Source: an uncultured Candidatus Saccharibacteria bacterium
GTDB taxonomy: Bacteria; Patescibacteriota; Minisyncoccia; Minisyncoccales; CSSED10-335
DNA length: 64,000 bases
Direction: 5' to 3'
NCBI GenBank assembly: GCA_964586065.1
Contig: CAZPFW010000001.1
Coordinates: 28,086 to 92,085, forward strand
The notes below the pieces were generated by a model. That model worked only from the letters and a program-made list of their open reading frames with translations, had not been told where the DNA came from and ran no database searches. This document shows, piece after piece, positions 1 to 8,185 of this stretch. A program made the translations under genes and the position numbers. Position 1 is the stretch's first letter. The number at the start of each line of letters is the position of its first letter.

Positions 1-191
1 TGGTGATTGATATGCCTACCAAGTATATTGTCTGACAAAGAGTCAAGACATTCTAATTCAGAACTAAGCCATATTCTAAAATAAGAGCCCTCAAATCAGA
101 GGGAATTCGGGTGGAACCGCGGAGAGATCCGTCCCGATACAACAAGTGATTGTTGTGCGGGGCGGATTTATTTTTAATTAAATTTCAAAAA
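1..191 (+). promoter_or_regulatory. T-box riboswitch leader (5'-truncated by window edge) upstream of thrS, with a stem III-like hairpin, the T-box sequence and a terminator/antiterminator
   Basis: AATTCGGGTGGAACCGCGG at 104-122 matches the T-box consensus AATTAGGGTGGNACCGCGG at 18 of 19 positions. Just upstream, GAGCCCTC-aaatca-GAGGG forms a stem III-like hairpin. A GC-rich hairpin at about 127-167 is followed by TTTATTTTT, giving a terminator that overlaps the T-box 3' half. thrS follows immediately. Confidence 0.65.
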
Positions 192-1955
192 ATGAAAAAA
201 GACATAGAAAAGATAAGACACTCTCTTTCTCATCTATTAGCTTTTGTAATAAAGAAAGAGTTTCCCGAAGTAAAGTTTGGTATAGGGCCAATTATTGAAA
301 ACGGGTTCTATTACGACATCGATTTTGGGGAGAACTCCTTTGGAGAGACTGATTTGCCGGTCATTGAATCGAAGATGAGAGAATCTATTGATCAGAATCT
401 CGCTTTTGAAGTGATTGAGAAGGATATAGAAGAGGCCATAAAAGAAGAAAAAAGAAACGGCCAAGAGTTTAAAGTCGACCTTTTAGAAGAATTGAAAAGT
501 GAAGGAGAGAAGATCGTTTCATATTACAGGCTCGGAGACTTTGAAGATCTTTGTCGCGGACCTCATATCAATTATTTAAAAGAGATAGATCCAGATTCCT
601 TTAAATTAAGTCATGTGGCGGGAGCTTATTGGAGAGGAGATGAAAAAAACAAGATGCTTACCAGGATCTACGGCTTGGCTTTTGATTCTGCCGATGAATT
701 AGAAGATTACGTTCTTAGACAAGAAGAGATAAGAAAGCGCGATCATAAAAGATTAGGAAAAGAGTTGGATCTTTTTTGTTTCTCAGAAACCGTTGGGAAA
801 GGTCTTCCTCTTTGGACGGAAAAAGGAACTGCTATTCGGCGTGAGTTAGAAAGATTTATCGTTGATGAGGAGATAAAGCGCGGTTACATTCACGTAATGA
901 CACCGGATATAGCGAAATTGGATCTTTATATAAAGTCGGGACATTACCCTCACTACAAGGATTCAATGTATGCTCCCATAAAAATTGAGGATGAAGAATT
1001 TATGTTGAGACCGATGACTTGTCCTCACCACTTTGAATTGTATTCAAGAAAAATTCACAGTTATCGTGACCTCCCGTTCAGAATCGCCGAAATAGCTAAA
1101 TTGTATCGCTTTGAGCAGTCGGGAGAATTGTCAGGTCTTTTAAGAGTTCGATCTTTCTCTTTGGCTGACGCGCACATTATCTGTGCATCGGAAGAGCAAG
1201 CTGTGGAAGAGATTGACAAAGCTCTCGATCTTATAGAGTTTGTTTCCGAAACTTTCGGATTAAAGAAAGGAGAAGACTTTTGGTACTCACTTTCTTTGGG
1301 TGATCGATCTGATAATGAGAAGTATTTCAAAAACGACGAAGCTTGGGAGTTGGCCGAAGATTTACTTCGTAAACACCTGAATTCAAGAGGCGTTCGATTT
1401 GATGAAAAGAAGGGAGAGGCGGCTTTCTATGGTCCAAAGATAGACATTCAGATGAGAAATGTAAACGGTAAAGAAGATACCGCCTTTACAGTTCAATACG
1501 ATTTCAGCATGCCCGAGCAATTTGATTTAACTTATATTGATCATGAGGGTAATAAAAAGAGAGCCTTTGTTGTCCATAGATCATCAATCGGAGCAATCGA
1601 AAGAACCATTGCTTTTCTTATAGAGCATTATGGAGGATCTTTTCCCGTCTGGCTTGCTCCCATTCAAGCAAAGATAATTTCCGTTTCAGACGACCAGATA
1701 AACCAATGTGAAAGATTAAAACAAAGAATGCTTGAAGAAGGATTGAGACCCGAAACTGACACAAGTAATGAGACGGTCGGAAACAAGATCAGAAAAGCGA
1801 TAGGAGAAAAAGTTCCCTACATGGTGGTTATTGGTCCCAAAGAAGTTGAATTAAATAATGTGACTGTTAGAAAGAGAGATGATGATCACGTCAGAACAAT
1901 GAAAGAAGAAGACTTCTTAAGCGAGCTTAAAGAGATTTATTCAAAAAGACTCTAA
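192..1955 (+). CDS. thrS: threonyl-tRNA synthetase (no N-terminal TGS domain; starts in the N2/editing-like region). The ORF track start at 150 lies inside the leader terminator, so the ATG at 192 (MKKDIEK) is preferred.
   Basis: Class II aaRS motifs are present (RPMTCPHHFELY, FRIAEIAKLYRFEQSGELSGLLRVRSF). N-terminal HSLSHLLA...GPIIENGFYYD is typical of the ThrRS second additional domain. A C-terminal anticodon-binding domain is present. Confidence 0.9.
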   Translation: MKKDIEKIRHSLSHLLAFVIKKEFPEVKFGIGPIIENGFYYDIDFGENSFGETDLPVIESKMRESIDQNLAFEVIEKDIEEAIKEEKRNGQEFKVDLLEELKSEGEKIVSYYRLGDFEDLCRGPHINYLKEIDPDSFKLSHVAGAYWRGDEKNKMLTRIYGLAFDSADELEDYVLRQEEIRKRDHKRLGKELDLFCFSETVGKGLPLWTEKGTAIRRELERFIVDEEIKRGYIHVMTPDIAKLDLYIKSGHYPHYKDSMYAPIKIEDEEFMLRPMTCPHHFELYSRKIHSYRDLPFRIAEIAKLYRFEQSGELSGLLRVRSFSLADAHIICASEEQAVEEIDKALDLIEFVSETFGLKKGEDFWYSLSLGDRSDNEKYFKNDEAWELAEDLLRKHLNSRGVRFDEKKGEAAFYGPKIDIQMRNVNGKEDTAFTVQYDFSMPEQFDLTYIDHEGNKKRAFVVHRSSIGAIERTIAFLIEHYGGSFPVWLAPIQAKIISVSDDQINQCERLKQRMLEEGLRPETDTSNETVGNKIRKAIGEKVPYMVVIGPKEVELNNVTVRKRDDDHVRTMKEEDFLSELKEIYSKRL

Positions 1956-3203
1956 TAACTGAAAAACTTTTTCATTGGTAATTCTTTCACGGAGATAGAT
2001 CTCTAATTGATCTATCTCTATCTTTTTCTTTGCATTTTCGTCGCTAATTTGAGAAAGATAATTATCGACCTCTTTTTTCAACTCCTTTTCATCTATCATT
2101 ATCTTTTCTCTTTTGGCAATTTCTCTTAAAACAAGAGATGTTTTGATTCTTTTTTGAGCTTCAGGTTTCCATTCTTCTCTTAAATCTTTTTCCTCTTTTT
2201 TCTCTTGACCTAAATAATCTTTTAAAGAGAGCCCTGCTTGAGAAAGTTGAAGTTTTAAGTCTTGGATCATATTATCTATCTCTCTCTCAATTAAGAGTTC
2301 GGGAATCTCCGTTTTACTCTCCTTTCCTATCATCTCTATCGCTTTTACTCTTAATGATTGATTTTTCTTAAACTCTTTCTCCACTTTCAGATTATCTTTT
2401 ATCTTCTCTTTAAGATCTTCTATTCCCGAGAAATCACCCAATGACTTTGCAAAATCATCATCTATTTGGGGCAATTCTCTTTCATTGACCGATACAATTT
2501 CAACATTGAATTCAACATTCTTGTGATCCCCTTTAGTGAAGGGAATCTTAATTGTAAAATCTTTTTTATCTCCTTCCTTGAGACCGACAATCTCTTCTTC
2601 AAATTCTTTGATGAATCTTTTTTCTCCAAGAACTATTGAGACTTTGTCTCCTTTTAGCCCTTCTTGTAAGATATTGTCTATTTTACCTTGAAAATCAACG
2701 ATTACTTCATCGCCGTTTTTTGATTCTCTAAGAACTCTTACCGCTTTTGCTCTTGATTTTTGAATCATATTAATCGCTTCATCAATCTCTTTTGTTCCAA
2801 TCTCAACATCTTTTTTATCGGAGAAGGTTTTTTTGGCTATCTTCTTATAGTCGGGCAAAGACAGTTCGGGAATAATTGTTACTGATGCTTTATATGTCAA
2901 CGGTTGATTGATTTTTATCTCATCAATTTCTATTTGAGGAGAAGATATGGCCTCCATATTTGTTTCATCTATTGCTTTGAAATAAGTTTCATTTATCGCC
3001 AAATGAACTGCTTCATGCCAAAGCTTTTCTTCACCAACAGCATCTTGAACGATTTTCAAAGGAGCTTTCCCCGGACGGAATCCTTTTATCTCCAATTTGA
3101 GATTGGCGGCTGCTTGCTCCAAATAATTTCGCATGTCTTCCAAGGGAACGGTTATTTCTATCTCTTTTGATGATTCTGACTTATCGGTAATCTTATAATT
3201 CAT
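1941..3203 (-). CDS. tig: trigger factor
   Basis: N-terminal ribosome-binding domain with GFRPGKAPLKIV, followed by PPIase and C-terminal domains; about 420 aa. Confidence 0.9.
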   Translation of the reverse strand: MNYKITDKSESSKEIEITVPLEDMRNYLEQAAANLKLEIKGFRPGKAPLKIVQDAVGEEKLWHEAVHLAINETYFKAIDETNMEAISSPQIEIDEIKINQPLTYKASVTIIPELSLPDYKKIAKKTFSDKKDVEIGTKEIDEAINMIQKSRAKAVRVLRESKNGDEVIVDFQGKIDNILQEGLKGDKVSIVLGEKRFIKEFEEEIVGLKEGDKKDFTIKIPFTKGDHKNVEFNVEIVSVNERELPQIDDDFAKSLGDFSGIEDLKEKIKDNLKVEKEFKKNQSLRVKAIEMIGKESKTEIPELLIEREIDNMIQDLKLQLSQAGLSLKDYLGQEKKEEKDLREEWKPEAQKRIKTSLVLREIAKREKIMIDEKELKKEVDNYLSQISDENAKKKIEIDQLEIYLRERITNEKVFQLLESF

Positions 3204-3302
3204 ATTTTAATTTTGAGTGATTTTCTAATATTTGACAATCTACCATAAATTTATGATTTTAAAAAGCTCTCCGAGTTTTATGGAGAGCTTAATTGAGTTT
3301 TC

Positions 3303-3482
3303 TCAAATTTTATTGAGAATTTCTTGCCACTCATCAATAGACAAGGGCTTTTCTGTTCGAAGATTAACAATATCCTCTTTAAACCTAACTTTAATTCCAT
3401 ATGCTTCCAGTCTTCGCTTAAGGGAGCTTTCCTTTTTACCGTTTTTTTTCAAACTGAATCGATCGGTAAATTTACTATTCAT
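3303..3482 (-). CDS. small hypothetical protein (59 aa; below the ORF-track cutoff) preceded by an AAGGAG Shine-Dalgarno sequence
   Basis: Manual translation of the minus strand gives MNSKFTDRFSLKKNGKKESSLKRRLEAYGIKVRFKEDIVNLRTEKPLSIDEWQEILNKI. AAGGAG lies 10 nt upstream of the ATG. The gene sits between the 61-aa ORF and tig on the same strand. Confidence 0.3.
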   Translation of the reverse strand: MNSKFTDRFSLKKNGKKESSLKRRLEAYGIKVRFKEDIVNLRTEKPLSIDEWQEILNKI

Positions 3483-3504
3483 CCTTGAACAACTCCTTTC
3501 TTAT

Positions 3505-3690
3505 TTAAGGAAGGTGGAATATAAGGTCACCCAATTCGGGATACTTTTTTGTTAATTCTTTCAAACAAACTTTATTGTCAAATTGCAATACTATTCGGTT
3601 TTGATCTTCATAGGTCACCATTCCCAGAATCCTTAATATCTCCAACATGTTGTTCTCTTCTTTTGGCTTAGGGATGATCCGGACCTGCAT
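3505..3690 (-). CDS. hypothetical small protein (61 aa)
   Basis: ORF only; it is co-directional with tig and the small SD-bearing ORF, and has no recognisable motif. Confidence 0.3.
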   Translation of the reverse strand: MQVRIIPKPKEENNMLEILRILGMVTYEDQNRIVLQFDNKVCLKELTKKYPELGDLIFHLP

Positions 3691-3750
3691 TTTAAACCCC
3701 TCCTTTTTTTGATTGGATATTATAGCATGAAAAATAAAAAAGCCAAATTA

Positions 3751-4194
3751 TCATTCTCCCATAACTTGGATCTGATATCTTCTCTCTCTAGACCTGTCAA
3801 GTTCAACAAAGATCACTCTTTGCCAATCACCCAATTGAAGCTTTCCATCAAGAATATTCAAAGTCACACTTGGTAGTAAGTGAATCGCTTTACAATGGGA
3901 ATGACCGTTGTCACATTCGTCATCACAGAGATTAATCTTTCTTATTTCAAAATTATCATGCTGATAATCATTGGTTGACGGAGCAATTTTTTCTAAATTC
4001 TTTTTTATGTCCTCTATAAGAAGAGGTTCATTTTCATTCACCATCATCATTGCCGTAGTGTGCATTGTTTGAACGTTAAGAATTCCATTCAATATTTGAG
4101 ATTCTTTCGTCAGGGATATGAGCTCATCTGTAATATCGATGAAATCAAAAAGTCCATTCGTTTTAATACTCGCGGTTTTATTTGAAATTTTCAT
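3751..4194 (-). CDS. YjbQ/UPF0047 family protein (secondary thiamine-phosphate synthase-like)
   Basis: About 147 aa. The pattern TTAMMMVNENEP...YQHDNFEIRK...HCKAIHLLPSVTLNILDGKLQLGDWQRVIFVELDRSRERR matches the YjbQ fold signature. Confidence 0.7.
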   Translation of the reverse strand: MKISNKTASIKTNGLFDFIDITDELISLTKESQILNGILNVQTMHTTAMMMVNENEPLLIEDIKKNLEKIAPSTNDYQHDNFEIRKINLCDDECDNGHSHCKAIHLLPSVTLNILDGKLQLGDWQRVIFVELDRSRERRYQIQVMGE

Positions 4195-4247
4195 TCTTCA
4201 ATAAAAAATCGCCCTGTTGAGAATTAAAGAGGACGATTTTCTACAAA

Positions 4248-4436
4248 TTATTCTCTACCCTCTTCTTCCACCTCTTCAACATCCTCAGCTTCTTCTGAAA
4301 CGGGAAGTTCGTCTTCTTCGGGCAGTCTTACACCACTTTCTTCGGGGGTACCGTCTTGTCTCTTGGTTCTAAGGTAAAAAAGAATTCCCAGAAGAATCAA
4401 TATGACAACTATTGTTATTAAAGTTTTAAGATCCAT
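4248..4436 (-). CDS. small single-pass membrane protein with an acidic C-terminal tail
   Basis: One N-terminal TM helix (LITIVVILILLGILFYL) followed by a Glu/Asp-rich tail. Confidence 0.35.
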   Translation of the reverse strand: MDLKTLITIVVILILLGILFYLRTKRQDGTPEESGVRLPEEDELPVSEEAEDVEEVEEEGRE

Positions 4437-4484
4437 ATTCAGGTCATTTATCTTGTTTTTAAATTTCGACCTTGCTCTTTATCA

Positions 4485-5816
4485 TTAATTATCTTTCTCT
4501 TTATTCTTTTTGTCAAGAAGATATTTTTTAGTACTGACGAAAAGGTTGTTTATGTCACCGGCTCCCATAAAAACCAAAACATCTCCTTTTCTTAAAATTC
4601 TTTTAAGATACAAGTCCGCGTCGGATAACTCTTTCTTGTAAACTGATTCTTTTCCAACTGCTTCAGCTATTTTTTTTGAATTGATCTTTTCACAAACAAC
4701 TCTCCCCTCTCTTCCCGATACTTTGTAAATCTCTAAAAATACAATCTTATCTACAGGGGCTTCAGTAAACGCTTTAACAAATTCTTTGAAGAAATATTTT
4801 GTTCTTTCGTATTGATGAGGTTGAAAGAAAGAGATTATTCTCTTCTTGGGATATCTGTCTCTTATAGCTTCTAAAGTCTTCTCCACTTCGGTTGGATGAT
4901 GGGCATAGTCCGATATGAGAGTGATTCCTTTATAACCGCTTTTATGAACCTCAAATCTGCGCCAAGAACCTTTGAACTTTGAAAGAGCAGATAATGTCTT
5001 GGTTTTAGAAATACCAAGCAGATTGGCCGCATTATAAGCAGCAAGAGCATTTGAAACATTATGTTCTCCTGGAACTTTTAAAATCTTTCTTATCTCTTTT
5101 GCAATTGAATCACTTTGATCGTAATAGGTTACTCCTTTAGTCTTTTTCAAAGCATCAACGACTCCGGGGTCGTCATAGTTGGCTACGATTTTTCCGCCTT
5201 TATCCAAGCGCGAAAAGAAAGTTTTGAAGCTCTTTATTATCTCATTATGATCTTTATAGTAGTCTAAATGATCTTCTTCAATATTGGTTACCACTGTCAA
5301 CTTTGGATTATAATTCAAGAATGATCTCTTATACTCATCGGCCTCGATTAAAAGATACTTTGATTTTCCGGGTCTGAAATTCAAATTACCGAATTCTTTA
5401 AGTTTGGTTCCGATTATTACGGTCGGATCAAGTCCGGCCTCTATCAAGATTAGTGACAGCATCGCAGTGGTCGTGCTTTTTCCATGAGTTCCGGAAACGG
5501 CAATCGTGAAATAGTCTTTGGTCAATCTTCCCAAGGACTCGGGATAACTCTCTGTCCTGATATTGTCTTTTTTCGCTTTTTTTATTTCAGGATTATCTTC
5601 TTTGATTGCCGGAGTGTGAATGATTAGATCAACTTCTTTCGTTATATTTTTTGGCGAATGATCCCCGATGATTATTTTGGCTCCGAGTTTTTCAAGAGAT
5701 CGCGTTATATCCGATTCCTTAAGGTCCGAACCGGTTATCGAATCTCCTCTGTTGAGAAAATAGAAAGCCAAAGAAGAGACACCGATTCCACCAATCCCTA
5801 TAAAGTGAATTTTCAT
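4485..5816 (-). CDS. murC: UDP-N-acetylmuramate--L-alanine ligase
   Basis: N-terminal HFIGIGGIGVS Rossmann motif and the GTHGKSTTTAM P-loop, with the Mur ligase domain order. Confidence 0.9.
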   Translation of the reverse strand: MKIHFIGIGGIGVSSLAFYFLNRGDSITGSDLKESDITRSLEKLGAKIIIGDHSPKNITKEVDLIIHTPAIKEDNPEIKKAKKDNIRTESYPESLGRLTKDYFTIAVSGTHGKSTTTAMLSLILIEAGLDPTVIIGTKLKEFGNLNFRPGKSKYLLIEADEYKRSFLNYNPKLTVVTNIEEDHLDYYKDHNEIIKSFKTFFSRLDKGGKIVANYDDPGVVDALKKTKGVTYYDQSDSIAKEIRKILKVPGEHNVSNALAAYNAANLLGISKTKTLSALSKFKGSWRRFEVHKSGYKGITLISDYAHHPTEVEKTLEAIRDRYPKKRIISFFQPHQYERTKYFFKEFVKAFTEAPVDKIVFLEIYKVSGREGRVVCEKINSKKIAEAVGKESVYKKELSDADLYLKRILRKGDVLVFMGAGDINNLFVSTKKYLLDKKNKEKDN

Positions 5817-6349
5817 CTTAGTTTGATTTTTTCAATTAATTGATAAACAGATTTGCCCCTGATATTTTTACTCTCCATCAATGAAACGCTGTCAACCGGG
5901 AAAGAGATGTTTAGGTCGCCGTTAAGATCGGGTACTTCATCCGTTTCAAGTCTTCTGAAATTCCATGAGTTGATTCTTGCCAAGGTGATGTGTGGCAGAA
6001 AATCACTGGAGCCCCCGATCTTTTTCACTATCTCTTTATTGATATTATTTATGGTAGCTGATTTTTCAAACAGAGCCCAAATCATTTTGGCGCTTGTTTT
6101 CTCTGGGATGTATGAGAGTCTTGTAATTTTTAACAAAAAAGAAGCTTCTTTTTTTAAGATCTCTTCGAGTTTTTCTAAGATCATTGGAATCGATTTTTCT
6201 TTAACTTGCCCCAAGAAAGAGAGAGTCAAGTGAATCTTCTCTTTATCCGTCCATTTAGCAGGAAGAGACGGAAATTCAGATCTCAATAAAAAAAGCTCTT
6301 GCTTGATTTTTTCCGGTGGTTCTATTGATGCAAAGATTCTCTTGAACAT
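5813..6349 (-). CDS. thpR: RNA 2',3'-cyclic phosphodiesterase / 2'-5' RNA ligase family (2H phosphoesterase)
   Basis: Two H-x-T/S-x motifs (IHLTLSFLG and PHITLARI); about 178 aa. Confidence 0.75.
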   Translation of the reverse strand: MFKRIFASIEPPEKIKQELFLLRSEFPSLPAKWTDKEKIHLTLSFLGQVKEKSIPMILEKLEEILKKEASFLLKITRLSYIPEKTSAKMIWALFEKSATINNINKEIVKKIGGSSDFLPHITLARINSWNFRRLETDEVPDLNGDLNISFPVDSVSLMESKNIRGKSVYQLIEKIKLR

Positions 6350-6390
6350 GATTATTATATTATCAAAAAGTATGCTATAATTAAAGTATT

Positions 6391-7194
6391 ATGAATATTT
6401 CTTTTGCATCAATAATGCCCCATCCTTTGTCCGTGATTCCTTCAATCACTTTAAGTTCGGATCTCAAAAGGATAACTAAAACCATAAAGGCGATGGATCA
6501 ATTGTCGGAAGAGATAAAATTATTGGATGTAGATGTTGTAGTCATAATCACTCCGCAAATACCGATAAATTATACTTCTTTTTCAATAATTGAATCTCCC
6601 GTTATGAAAGGAAGCTTTATAAAGTTTGGAGATCAAAAGACTAAGATAAAAGTTAAGGGTCATCCTGAAATGGCAACGGAGATTAAAAAGAGTTGTGCCA
6701 GAGAAAGAATCCCGTTAAGCTCTTTTGACGATCCTGAATTGGATCACGGAACCGTTATTCCTTTGTATTACATTGTAAAAAACAATCCCGAGATTAAAAT
6801 CGTTCCTTTGGGTATTTCGGGGTTAAGTGTTGCGGAACATTTTAATTTTGGAAAAGCGATTGGCCAAGCGATAGATCTTTCCGGATTAAAGGTTGCTGTT
6901 GTAGCTTCGAGTAATCTTTCTCGTAAGCTTTCACCAGGATCATCTACCGGGTATTCTCCCAAAGGTAAAGAGTTGGATCAATTGATCTTAAAGCTGGTCA
7001 AGAAAGGAGATACGAAAGCGATGATGAAAATCGATTCCGAATCACTTAAAGACTCGGGCGAATCAGGATATCTTCCCATGATAGTTCTATTTGGGATACT
7101 TGATGATTCTTTATGGAAGGGTGAGATTCTTTCATACGAGAGGCCTTTTGGCACTGGATTAATGACGGTAAAAATCGATATAGCTGAAAAGTGA
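6391..7194 (+). CDS. class III extradiol dioxygenase (LigB/YgiD) family protein
   Basis: The protein is collinear with YgiD/LigB blocks: ISFASIMPHPLS, DVVVIITPQ, ELDHGTVIPLYYI, KVAVVASSNLSRKL, GYLPMIVLFGI. Confidence 0.55.
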   Translation: MNISFASIMPHPLSVIPSITLSSDLKRITKTIKAMDQLSEEIKLLDVDVVVIITPQIPINYTSFSIIESPVMKGSFIKFGDQKTKIKVKGHPEMATEIKKSCARERIPLSSFDDPELDHGTVIPLYYIVKNNPEIKIVPLGISGLSVAEHFNFGKAIGQAIDLSGLKVAVVASSNLSRKLSPGSSTGYSPKGKELDQLILKLVKKGDTKAMMKIDSESLKDSGESGYLPMIVLFGILDDSLWKGEILSYERPFGTGLMTVKIDIAEK

Positions 7195-7505
7195 TGAAGA
7201 AAGAGTTTTTCGGATTGGAAAAATCAGATATAATTAATTTCATGAGAAGAGCCGGTTATCTCTGCTTGGGTAGGGGCAGTGACGAAGCTGAATTTTCTTT
7301 TGTTCGATCTTTTGGAAGGAGTGGTTATCCCAGATTTCACTTATTTATTAGATTTGATAAAGGTAAAGATGCTCTATTCAATCTTCATATTGATCAAAAG
7401 AAACCTGTTTATGCCGGAAGTAGAGCTCATGCAGCCGAATATGAGGGACCTCTTATAGAGGAAGAGATGAGAAGAATAGAAAGCTTATATGATAAAAAAT
7501 CCTAA
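7191..7505 (+). CDS. hypothetical protein (104 aa); may be continuous with the next ORF through an A-run frame break
   Basis: No recognisable domain. The 3' end overlaps the next ORF by 17 nt inside ATGATAAAAAATCC. Confidence 0.4.
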   Translation: MMKKEFFGLEKSDIINFMRRAGYLCLGRGSDEAEFSFVRSFGRSGYPRFHLFIRFDKGKDALFNLHIDQKKPVYAGSRAHAAEYEGPLIEEEMRRIESLYDKKS

Positions 7506-8175
7506 AAACAAGAAGATTGTTGATGCTTTAGAGGAGATAGCTTATCTTATTGAAGTAAAAAGTAGCAAGGAAGGATTTCGAGTAAGGGCTTATCGCAAAG
7601 CGGCTTCGGCTGTTTCAAGCCTTGAAGACAGCCTGGTAAAGATCTATCAAAGCGACGGAATGAAAGGTGTCAGTTCCATTAACGGAATTGGTAAAAGTAT
7701 TTCAGAGAAGATCGAAGAACTTATAAAGAAAGGTGAGATTCAATATTTGAGAGAACTAAGAGATGATACGGCAATACGACAGATCGTAACTCATTACTTT
7801 GAAGGTAAGGGAGTGGATCTTACCGAATTGAAAAAAAGCGCTCGAAAGAGAGACATCGTTTATGCTCGATATACCAAACCAGCCAAACAATTAATAGAAC
7901 TCTCCGGAAACGTAAAAAAAGCCAAAGAAGCGATCGATATTGTTTCAAAATGGGCTATTTCTCGCAATCTTGATTACACAATAGAGACAGTATCCAAGAA
8001 GTGGCCTGAATTAAAAAGATTGAAGCCGAAGAGAGTTGAAAAAAAACCTTTTTACAAGGGAAATCCTTTGGTCTGGTCAGATCGTAAGAAAAAGTGGTTT
8101 GTAATTGATCAAACAAACACTTGGCTTGAATTTGCTGATACAGAAGACAAGATTGAGTGGAAAATTGTAAAATAA
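7489..8175 (+). CDS. DNA polymerase X-family N-terminal domain protein (8-kDa dRP-lyase-like plus HhH domains, with no polymerase or PHP domain)
   Basis: NKKIVDALEEIAYLIEVKSS..FRVRAYRKAASAV...INGIGKSISEKIEELIKKGEI is collinear with the PolX/Pol beta N-terminal 8-kDa and HhH region. The protein stops at 228 aa. Confidence 0.6.
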   Translation: MIKNPKNKKIVDALEEIAYLIEVKSSKEGFRVRAYRKAASAVSSLEDSLVKIYQSDGMKGVSSINGIGKSISEKIEELIKKGEIQYLRELRDDTAIRQIVTHYFEGKGVDLTELKKSARKRDIVYARYTKPAKQLIELSGNVKKAKEAIDIVSKWAISRNLDYTIETVSKKWPELKRLKPKRVEKKPFYKGNPLVWSDRKKKWFVIDQTNTWLEFADTEDKIEWKIVK

Positions 8176-8185
8176 AGAATTAAAA

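Noticed and set aside
150-191. ORF-track start of thrS at 150 (MLCGADLFLIKFQK…)
   Set aside because: This stretch is the T-box terminator hairpin and U-run. The Met at 192 begins the recognisable ThrRS sequence, and the upstream codons are non-AUG and RNA-structural.
6391-7194. AmmeMemoRadiSam system (Memo-like protein B) linked to the radical SAM gene
   Set aside because: The protein aligns better block-by-block with LigB/YgiD class III dioxygenases than with Memo. The only radical SAM gene is 32 kb away, and no AMMECR1 gene was seen.
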